A stretch of 64,000 nucleotides of DNA from Psammoneis japonica (lineage: Eukaryota), in the NCBI GenBank assembly GCA_008632985.1, contig QPGO01000004.1, forward strand, positions 310,001 through 374,000, in the 5' to 3' direction. Positions within the stretch are counted from its first letter, which is position 1. The number at the start of each line of letters is the position of its first letter. Shown here in pieces: positions 13,782-23,326 of the stretch. Made by a program: the position numbers and the translations under genes. The notes under the pieces are model-generated. The model saw nothing but the letters and a program-made list of their open reading frames with translations, ran no database searches and was not told the DNA's origin.

Positions 13782-14063
13782 ATGAGAATGGATCGGGAAT
13801 CGTTTCTAAATGGATTGGCGCGTGTTCTTCAAAGCGAAAACTGTTGCTTGTCACCTGATGAAGCACATTGCGTTGCTGAGGCGACAGTGGAGGACACTGG
13901 CGAAAGCGCTTCTGAACTTTCCTCCATTCCGTCGAATCCAGAGTTTCGAAAGGCTCTTGCTGTGCGAGTTGGGCGACTGCCATTCTTTGCCGTGGGAGGA
14001 AGGGTTAAAGCTTGTTGAGACTGCTCTCAAAGGCAGTGAATCTAACTTTTGCGAAAGCAACGG
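13782..14063 (+). pseudogene. 5' part of an HNH-type (YisB-like) gene interrupted by the copia insertion
   Basis: The frame ending ..SESNFCESNG at the left TSD continues in frame as NGEHIDD.. after the right TSD. Probable frameshift near 13955. Confidence 0.65.
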
Positions 14064-14410
14064 TGTGGGAAAGCAGCCAGAACTCTAAGACTCGTCTGCA
14101 CTTTCAGCGATCAAAAGCTGCAATTGCGATGCAACAATCAATCAGTAACTTCACTGCACCAAAAGTTGAGAGGTGACAATCAGTACGTTAGAAAGATTAT
14201 GAGCAGTTTTTATGAGCAGATGCAGCTGCCATCTAAAGGAAACGCGAAGTTAAACAAGCGTGAAGCTAGGAACAAACATCGCATTCGTGACTCGGCTTCC
14301 GCGGGATTCGAGACTGAGCATCGCACACGGGGTTCGAATCTTGGATCTCTGATTTGAATCGTGGAGGTCCGATGTTGTTGTAAAAACATGCAAATATGAA
14401 TATTGTCACA
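14064..14410 (-). repeat. 3' LTR
   Basis: Direct repeat of 20279-20625 with 11 substitutions and no indels by manual alignment; TGTG...CACA termini. Confidence 0.97.
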
Positions 14411-14453
14411 CTCCCTTCAACAATGTCGGGTGGAATGATGACTCGAAAACGTC

Positions 14454-17400
14454 TTACCACTTAAGGAGCGATTTCCTGTGTTTAACGAAGAGATTCTGTG
14501 GTAGAGGTTTGGTGAAAATGTCTGCAATCTGATCCGCCGTATCAATTGGTAGGATTGATATGAGACCTTTGCGAACATGGTCTTTAAAGTGGTGGAGAGT
14601 GAGGTTGAAGTGTTTTGTCCGAGGACGCATCTTAGGCAATCTCGCGATCTCCAATGCTCCAGAATTGTCTTCAAAAGCCTTACAATGTACGACTGGTGTC
14701 TTGGAAGGGACATTATGACCGTGATCCATAAATTCTTGAATGAGGTTCATAATTGGGATGGCGCTTCGAAGACTTTCCGAAAGAGCGATAAATTCAGCTT
14801 CAGTAGTGCTGAGCGCGATCTGAGTCTGTAGCTTGGACGTCCAGACAATCGGACATCCTGCATAGGTGATGACAAACCCAGTTCGAGATTTGGAAGTGCC
14901 GACGTCATCGGGTGCAGTCAGCTTATTCCAATTGCCCACAAAGTCCGCGTCGGCGTGAACTTCAAGGGACTTGTCCGTTGAGGGCTGTAGTATAATACCT
15001 TCAGTTCTGGTTGACCTTAGGTACTTACAGAGCCATAGTACGGCTTCACCGTGAGAAACCTTGGGATCGGAAGAAAAGCGTGCGACTTGGTGCACCGCGT
15101 AAGCGACATCCGGTCGAGTGCTCTTCTCCAGAAAATTGAGCTTGCCGATGATGGATCGGTAATGAAAGCTCCCTTGGAAAGCAGGCTCACTCATATGCCT
15201 GTGGAGGATCTTGGAGGAAGGAGCAGGAGTAGACTTATCTGGTAGTCTCTTTGGAACATTGGCCATCTCCAGCATCTGATTGACAAGGTGAGGTTGGGTG
15301 AGTTTCATTCTGCCGTCTGGCAGTGTCTCGACATTGACACCGAGATAGTCGTCCAGAGTGCCTTGATCATCAATATCAAAATTCTCATCTCTGATATCCT
15401 GTATCGCCTTGTCAATAGCAGACTTGTCAGGGGATGCAAAGATGCCGTCATCGACACAATGAATGAAAATGACATTGCCACGAAAATGCAGGCACTCATC
15501 AACTGCCGATTGTACGAAACCAATCCTTAACAATCCATCACGTAAGTGTTCTTGCCATACTCTCCCTGCTTGCTTTTGTCCATATAAGTTCTTGAGCAAC
15601 TTCAGAACATGAGTCTTGCCATTGCCACATTTTGTTTCAATTCCTGCAGGTGACTCCATGTGCATGTCACACTCGATGTCGGCATGCGGATGCGCCAGAA
15701 CGAAGTCGACTTGGCGTGTATGCCACTTCTTAAGAATGGCAATGATCAGTAGGAGCTGGATAGTGAACCAGAAGACCACGGCAGAGTAGGTCTGGAAGCA
15801 GTTGACAGCGTGCTCTTGCTTTCCGCCGTGCACATTAAGTCGGGACTTCCATTTGTAGACGGCTTGGGTCTTAACATCTCTTTTGCGCTTCATGGACCAT
15901 ACCGAAGGGAGAACATCAACATCGTCAGGTACATCCTCTCTTGGAATGAGTGTCCAATGTTTCCTTTCAATGTGATCATTGACCTCCTTAACACAGGCCT
16001 TGACAAATTCGTCTCTGTCAGGTTCACGCATGGCCTGATCAAAGCACATGGTGTCGGGGTCCGAGCTCGCCAGAAAAGAGACAGGTGAGTCCATATCGTC
16101 CTGCAGTTTGTAATCATCCTCGTGCATCGCATCATAATGTGCCTCTGCCTCTGCATTGTAGGAGACAATGCCTTGAGCCCGTTGCAGTTGGCTCTCGCGC
16201 ATCCTTTCGGTCGGGCGTCGTTGTCGGCCGGACCTGCTGGTGCTGGGTTGACCCATAGTGCGCTGTGGCTCAGATGGTGCGTCAGAATCATCTGGAGGCG
16301 TGTGTGGCATTTCATCATCCGGTTGGGCCTTATCAAATGAGTCATCAGTGGTGGACGTATCAGCAGGATGCAGCAGCTGAGACGGGACATCCGAATTCGG
16401 CTCAGGTGGTTCCGTTGTGGTGGGGACTGATCCCTCAACCGGTGCGTCACTTGATTTCCCAAAGATGTTGAAAGCACTCCTTGTCTTGAGTTGTCTGAAA
16501 CCTGCAATGCCTTGCCATTGTGAGAATGTAGGAGGATTCCCAGCAAAAGGGCGAACGGTCTCAAAGAAGTCGTCAAATTGTACGTGAAATTGCGGCGACA
16601 CGAGTCCGGTCTGCAAATTCAAAACCAAGGTAACTGAACCTGCGTGTCTTGTTGATGGTCCCAAATTGATTCCTAACCTTGCCCTTGGGTCCCACTTAGG
16701 CAGCCTACCTCCTCCCTGCAACCGGTTGTGCAAGGCGTAGACGGGACAGCCGAAGGTATGGTGTTGTTTGAGACCAGGCTGGACCTTGACGGACGAGAAA
16801 CGTTCCAGCGGAGAAGAGCCGTCCTCGTGATTCGGCAAGTGATTCTTGATCTCGTTTGAGTTCCTGAGAGCGCTTGGCCATGAGTTCAACTCAACAGCCG
16901 TTGGCCATCTCACTTTAGCATGCAGGAGTTGCTTCCGAGATTGCTCTTGGAGGTCCCTTGTTCTTTTCTCCGCGATGCCGTTTTGGAAGTGGGCGTTGAC
17001 CCCACAATGGGACATTGTTTGCTGTCGCTTCTTGACGTCTTGTATGAAAGCATTGTCAGCAAATCTTCCATTGTCGGCGTGGCAGTGTTGAATGCGGACG
17101 TGCATCCGGCGTGCGAATGCCTCGAAAGCGTGCTTGGCTTCGAGCGTCTCGGCTGAGGTGAGTCCTTTCTGCAAATGTGTGCATCCCAATCCGCTGAAAT
17201 GATCAACAAAAATTGTCGCTGCTCGATGCCTTTGTTTCGTAGGTCTCCCTTTGAGCTGTGGGATCAATCCAGGAGCAGGACTCTCAAGCTGGTCGACGGA
17301 TGCGGCTTCTCCAGGCGAAGTTGCCAAGTGGATTCGTCGGCTCCGCTTGGACTTGGAGCGCCATGGTCGTTTCGTCATGGCACCGTGTGGGCAGCCGGCA

Positions 17401-20204
17401 CATTTTGGGTTGTGTGCCTTTGTAAGGCGTTTCGGTAGAATGCGCAGGGCGGCCAACAGCTTTGTCATTTTGAATGACATGTGGCCCAGGCGGCAATGCC
17501 AACGCAACAGTTCACCCTGGTCATCTGTGGCAGCAAGGGCGTCATCATTTGGCATGATGTTGATGGGTTCCGGCAAGTCCTGCTGTGCCTCCGGTGTCGT
17601 GAAATCCCTTGGGTTTTCCTCGTCTGAGTCTGAACGACTTGCTCCATCTGTTGGCTCAAATGAGACAGGAGCATCCTCATCAGCAGTGTTGCGTGCGTCT
17701 TGCGTCTCGGAAGGACGTGTCTCGGATGGACTTCTGAAGACGTCTGTGTCAATTGCAGCCTCGTCATCATTCGCAATGCTCTCGTCGTCTGGTGGTGTGA
17801 TGTGAGCTTGATGGGCCACGTGCTCGACAGTTTCGACATCGGCTTGTCCTTCGACAGTGGCTGCAAAGGTCCGGCATTTGTTGGAACCGGGTGCGGAGCG
17901 CATCTTGGCGACATCAGAGTTGGCGGACCATGGAGTCAGGTGATGGCACTTGCGCTGGTCCCACATCAGCAACAGTCCGTCGTCCCTGGTCCAAGACACG
18001 GTTCCGTGAGGCTCTGGCGTGTGGTCATCAGCTTGTTGGCTCCATTGCTGCGGGCAGAGAAGACAATGAGGCAAGTCCGGCACTTTCAACGCATCTCAAA
18101 TTTTGATGCTGTGCACTCGTCCCATGTCGTCCTCAATTGCCCACTGCACTGTTCCTTCTCCCTTGGCATGCAAGCAGCCCTTGACACCGAGCACCACTTT
18201 GTTGGATTTGCGAAGAGGACCAATGAAGTGTGCCTCGTCGTTGGACATGGTGCAGGAAGAATGCGAGTCGACGCCGATTGCAAATGAGCCCGAATCGCAA
18301 GTGGGCTCCGTTCGCTCGGGACGGTGTGGTGTGGTTGAGCTGCACGCTCCAACCGTCTTGCATCGCGCAATGACATGGCGAGCCTTTTTGGTGGCCACTC
18401 TGGAGCGGTGACCTGGCCTCGTCGACGCATGATGCCGTGCGCAGTGCCTCGTCGTTGGCCGTCGCTGGTGAGTCTTAACTCGTCTTGTGCCCAGTTCAGC
18501 CAGGACATGTGAGATGACCCACTCACCCAGTGTCATTGCGGCGTGTGACAGGCGCTTGCACTTTTCTGAAGGAAGAGATGGCATCACGAACAGCAGCATG
18601 ATCCAGATCGATGCTGCACATTTCATGACGCCAGCGACCGCCATCAGGAGCACTGACACAGTGACGGCTGTCTGCAAGGACAGCAGCAGTGTCAGAGTGA
18701 ACCTGCAGAGCAGCCACTCTTGATCCACTTCGTTTGGGATGGCAGAGATGGCACTTGCGAAGGAGACTTTCTTGTCCGACGTGTCTGTGGATGGAGCAGA
18801 CTGTTGCTTGCGGAGTCTGCAGCCTTGGTTGCCCGGATCATCAGGCAAGTGCATGACCCAAGCAGTGTGACATGGGCACCAGTGACAGTCGCGATTGTTG
18901 ACGCGCTTGTGACAGCGCTGATGACCGTTCACTGTCTTCTCAGGAGCGTCCTCCTTGGGCGGGACTTTCTTCCAGGCTTCGTCCGCTTTCTGTCTCTGAC
19001 GTGGAGTGGTCTTGGTCTTCCTTGACCGTGTGCTTCTTTCCTTGGTTGAGCCAGCCTTGGCCTTCAAAGCTTTAGACAGCTGAAGGTTCTGATCCTTGAT
19101 GGAGTCTGCCTTGGCTGCAAGCGCGACGATTTGCTCTTCAGCCGGTGACAGTGCTCCCCACTTCTTCTCGCGCTTGAGGTTGGTGCATTTGTTCAGTGCC
19201 AACGTCATGATTTGCGTCGGCGTGAATTCCTCACTGTCGTCGCACCTGTCCTTGTGTGACATGATGCACTTGACGAATGCTTCGTCAGCAGCTGCGGCGC
19301 ATCCTTTGAATGGGTTCATGATGAGGTCGTTGCACTGCTCTCCTCTAGCTTGGAGTCCGTCAACGTTGAGCTTGGCGCACTTGTTGAACTCTTCGATGTC
19401 CGAGTCAACAGCCACCGTGCACGCATCCAGGCTTGACAAGTTCTCGCGGAAGCAGTTGGTGGCAGAGCGTGTGTCAACGATGGCCTTTTGCGCAAGCAGC
19501 TTGAAGAATGGTGTGCCGATTTGATTTCCATTGATCGTGTGGGAATCCATCTCAGCCAACATCTTGTCTCTTGCTTCCTCCGCAAGGGATTGAGAGATCG
19601 CCTCGGCCATCTGCACATTGTTCTGTGCTTGTCGCGCAGGTGGATTCGCGAAGGTGTTCGCGTGGGTTCCAACATCCTGCAGAGTGAGCAGTCCGTACTC
19701 AGAGATGAGATCTCGTGGAGTTCCATTCGCGTCGGGAATGGCAAGCATGTCTCCTGCCCCTGTTTTCCATCCTGCCTCGGCAGCTCGTTGACTGAGTGTC
19801 TCACAAAACCGTTTGAGACCTTCTGAGTCGCCGTTGAACTCGTGTGGCAGCGGTGCAGCAGCGGCGTTCCAAAGCTTGAGGCCTTGCGATGTGCCGCAGT
19901 CGATGAAGTTGTTGGGACGGTGTTGACCTGGAGTCAACGAGAAGATCGGCAGTGGTGGCACAGGTGCCAATGGTGGTCCACCTGGCAGGACTCCACCTCC
20001 GCCTCCTCCTCCACCTCCTCCGCCACCTCCTCCTGGAGGTGCACCGGGAGGAACGACTGGGGGAGGTACAGGAGCAACTGGAGCGGCTGCAGGAGCAGGT
20101 GCTGTTGCCGGAGCAGCAGCAGTGGCAGGAGCTGCAGTGGGTGCAGCAGCGGGAGCTGCAACAGAGGCAGCTGGAGCAGCCGCGGTTCGTGTCTGCGTGA
20201 CCAT
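14454..20204 (-). pseudogene. gag-pol polyprotein with one in-frame TGA at 18096-18098 and many TA-loss missense changes
   Basis: Protease GVDSHSS; GAG-pre-integrase WHCRLGH..CAGC; integrase VDQ/ADNG/NGIAE; RT CVDD (normally YVDD); RNase H ADADF, STTEAE, EDNSGA, ADIFTKPL. The two track ORFs share one frame (IKI*DALKVP). Confidence 0.9.
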
Positions 20205-20265
20205 GGCAACAGCAGAGTAAAGTAGAATCAAGAGCTTAAGATCGATTGACTTAACTTGTAGATTT

Positions 20266-20278
20266 CGCAGAGGAAGCG
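20266..20278 (-). promoter_or_regulatory. Putative non-canonical primer-binding site complementary to the tRNA-iMet D-arm
   Basis: Directly internal to the 5' LTR. The + strand CGCAGAGGAAGCG(TG) resembles the initiator tRNA segment CGCAGNGGAAGCGTG as recalled. No TGG start. Confidence 0.55.
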
Positions 20279-20625
20279 TGTGGGAAAGCAGCCAGAATTC
20301 TAAGATTCGTCTGCACTTTCAGTGGTTGAAAGCTGCAACTGCGATGCAACAATCAATCAGTAACTTCATTGTACCAAAAGTTGAGAGGTGATAATCAGTA
20401 CGTTAGAAAGATTATGAGCAGTTTTTATGAGCAGATGCAGCTGCCATCTAAAGGAAACGCGAAGTTAAACAAGCGCGAAGCTAGGAACAAACATCGCATT
20501 CGTGACTCGGCTTCCGCGGGATTCGAGACTGAGCATCGCACACGGGGTTCGAATCTTGGATCTCTGATTTGAATCGTGGAGGTCCGATGTTGTTGTAAAA
20601 ACATGCAAATATGAATATTGTCACA
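20279..20625 (-). repeat. 5' LTR
   Basis: Direct repeat of 14064-14410. Confidence 0.97.
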
Positions 20626-21108
20626 AACGGCGAACACATAGACGATAGTATAGAAAGTGACGTCCAACTCGTCCCCGATGAAGATAGTGACGGCGAAGTG
20701 ATTCAAGAAGGTGAATGTGAATTGTGCGAGCGCTACATCCAGCTTACGAAACATCATTTGATTCCAAAGTGCACCTGGCCTCGCGTGAAAACAAAACTTC
20801 AGCATGCTGTTGAGGCCCTCGCGACCGGAGACAAGCACCGAGCTAGCGTCATAATGGGTCCGGGACTTGCACACTTGTTACCATGTCTCTCAGAATCGGA
20901 AGATCCCAAGACATTCATCAGGCAAGCGTTACAGCGTACATGTGAGATCTGTCGACCGTGCCATTCCGCCATCCACCGGACGCATGATAACATGACTCTT
21001 GCGTGCGACCACAACACCGTGGAAAAGCTCCTTGACGACGAGTCAATCTGCAAGTTTGTCAAATGGGCAAGCAAGCAGAAAACAGGAAAGTATGCGAGAA
21101 ATCCATAA
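20626..21108 (+). pseudogene. 3' part of the interrupted HNH-type gene (complete CxxC-HH-CxxCH domain)
   Basis: CELCER..LTKHHLIPK...ICRPCHSAIH..NTVEKLL..KFVKWASKQK. Confidence 0.8.
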
Positions 21109-21175
21109 TAAAGCAGATTTGCATTAGTTATAGTCTATCATTTAGCCCCCCTGGTGTTTGTGTGCCATACCTTTC

Positions 21176-22357
21176 CTAAGACTTCGAATCAGCGTCTTCC
21201 TCTTTAGCTTCTTCCTTTGGCGAAGATGATTCTTCGGTTTTAATGGGAGGCATAGCGTAGAAGTTGACCTCTTCGTGTAAGCCACCTCGTCCAAGCCAAG
21301 AACTACTTCCTTTTATCTTGGTCCGTTTCATTTTAGTACAGAGACCGGGTCTACCCCGAAGAAAGAGTTCGTGGTAGTACCCACCTTTGTCTCGACCGTC
21401 GGTAATTCGCTTGAAATCGTACAAGTTTAGCTGCCTCTGAAAACTTGAAAAGCGGCTCATCCGAAAGTACTTCGGCATGATCTCGACCACAAACCTTTCG
21501 GGGTTGTGAATCAAGAAAGCCCGTCCATGTGGAAGGAAACAGGCAATGTCGGTAAGTGGCGAATCTTCCTTGTCTAAATCTGTCAACATGCGATGCAACT
21601 TCTGAGGAAAAGGTTCAGAAGCTCCACCGCCTCTTCTTGTTCTCTTGCCGGTGATTTTGCTCAGCAGATCTTGCTTAGGGTCTGGAATCGTAGAGGCATC
21701 AAAATATGGCGAAGCCATGGGAGTTGAAGCTAGCGATGGCGTTGTAGCAGCTTGATGTAACATTGCTAGACCTTGAGCAGCGGCTGCGTTCTGTGACTGC
21801 GGCAGCAAAAACGGAGTGGTAGACGCTGCGGGAGACACCTTGTGAGCTTGAGATGCAGCACTTAGCAAGGAGCTTACCGCGAGCTGATTTGACGCGGCTG
21901 CTTGGAGAGAACCGGGACTCGTACCTAGATTGGGTGGAAATGCTGTGCTTTGCAAGTGGGGGAGGACTGAGAGCGCAGCCAGTTGCGATTGTAGCAATTG
22001 CTGTTTCCGATGTTGTTCTTGAGCCAGAGCGAATCCAATCATAGCTGCATTCTTGACGAGCTCGGCATTGGAGTTCATAGCGGCTAATTTCTCGATTACA
22101 TCCTGAGCAGGTAGGTTCAAAGAAGTGGCTGCTGACGGATTAAGTGAGAAGGCAGCGGGGTTGGCGGTGGCTTGACTTCGCGAAATTGCACCTTGAGGAT
22201 GTAGGTTCATAGAAACAGCTGGCGGATGAAGTGAGAAAGCAGTCGGATTGGAGTTGGCTTGATCTTGCACCGCTTCCATAGCAGCAGTCGCTTGAGTGTC
22301 CTCCTCGTCGCTTGACAGTCCTGTGGTCTTTCCCGTCTTTGGAGGAGAAGAAGCCAT
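21176..22357 (-). CDS. HSF-type DNA-binding transcription factor
   Basis: PFPQKLHRML..FLPHGRAFLIH..FVVEIMPKYF..FSSFQRQLNLYDFKRI..YYHELFLRG, after a low-complexity N-terminus. Confidence 0.92.
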   Translation of the reverse strand: MASSPPKTGKTTGLSSDEEDTQATAAMEAVQDQANSNPTAFSLHPPAVSMNLHPQGAISRSQATANPAAFSLNPSAATSLNLPAQDVIEKLAAMNSNAELVKNAAMIGFALAQEQHRKQQLLQSQLAALSVLPHLQSTAFPPNLGTSPGSLQAAASNQLAVSSLLSAASQAHKVSPAASTTPFLLPQSQNAAAAQGLAMLHQAATTPSLASTPMASPYFDASTIPDPKQDLLSKITGKRTRRGGGASEPFPQKLHRMLTDLDKEDSPLTDIACFLPHGRAFLIHNPERFVVEIMPKYFRMSRFSSFQRQLNLYDFKRITDGRDKGGYYHELFLRGRPGLCTKMKRTKIKGSSSWLGRGGLHEEVNFYAMPPIKTEESSSPKEEAKEEDADSKS

Positions 22358-22944
22358 ACTACAACTCGCAAAAAATGCGAGTATCTTCCAGTGGAACCGA
22401 GTGCAAGCTGCGTTGTTGCAGATGCATCACTTGCTTTATGGGCTGGTTCGCTGTTCGTTTTTGGTGGCTCCGTTCGTTCGAATTTGGAACCAATCCCGCT
22501 GACGTGGTTTTCTCCCCTAAGTACGTTGTTTGCGCCATCTGCTTTGGTTTCCGTTTGTTCTAAGTAAAGGTAATCTTCTGTTTAACGATATTTTCAAGGC
22601 TTTCTGGATTGCGTTAGTTAAAAAATCTGATTCAACATCTGCACTGAACGACATCGGAACACGTGTTCACGTGCGTGGTTAAGTACGCAGATCGTACTGT
22701 AGGGAAAACGTATGCACCGGTACCTGTTATTATGTAGAATAGATAAATTTCTCCACCCTCTTTCCCCTATTATCATAGTAAAGAATGTTCGGGGTTCGTT
22801 CGACGATGCGAGAACACGTCAGCTTTAACGTCGCTACAAAAATGTGTCCAAGTCTGACGTGGCGCCTTGAAGATAGGGCCCAAGTTCAGAGTTCGCGTGC
22901 ACACCTACCGTTCGTCGTGTCATCTATCTGCACTCCACCCCACT

Positions 22945-23240
22945 CTCTACTAGTCTACTAGCTAGAGAGTAGCTCTAGTAGCTACTCTAGCACCCCCCGC
23001 ACTTCAACGTTTTCCTGTCGTCTACTCTACTATGTACTAGCTACTGTCTCTAGAGTAGAAAGAGAGGTCTACGCTTACCTGCACTCTCTACTAGACTCTT
23101 CTCTACTAGTGGTAGAGAAAGTAGTGGAGGGCACTCCAGGGTCATTCTCATACGAACTGCAAAAGATGGCAACAGCAGCGTTTTACACGAGGGCACAGAG
23201 TTGTGGTGCTGGTGCTAACCTAAAGTCTACTAGAGTAGAA
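22945..23240. repeat. CTAG/CTAC/TAGAG-rich low-complexity intergenic tract
   Basis: ctctactagtctactagctagagagtagctctagtagctactctag and related motifs recur. Confidence 0.6.
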
Positions 23241-23326
23241 GATGCATCCGGTACAGTAATTCTTAAAAAACAAATAATGGGAAGACGATTCATTTGTGGA
23301 ACTACGATGAGTCGCAGCGAACTCGT

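Larger units (their letters stand above)
14064..20625 (-). mobile_element. Full-length Ty1/copia LTR retrotransposon (6562 bp) with 5-bp TSD AACGG
   Basis: Two 347-bp TG...CA LTRs. TSD at 14059-14063 and 20626-20630. Domain order gag-PR-IN-RT-RH. Polypurine tract (AGGGAG on minus) abuts the 3' LTR. Confidence 0.97.

Noticed and set aside
13519..13983. 154-aa minus-strand ORF
   Set aside because: It is antisense to the HNH gene 5' part and spans the divergent promoter; no motif.
18086..18100. Programmed gag/pol frameshift between the two long copia ORFs
   Set aside because: Both ORFs are in the same frame, separated by one TGA after the protease motif, probably CGA->TGA.
14454..20204. Alternative genetic code or global sequencing artefact behind Tyr->Cys/His
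   Set aside because: Adjacent host genes use Tyr and TA normally. The changes also hit Leu, Ile and Val codons and follow TE boundaries.
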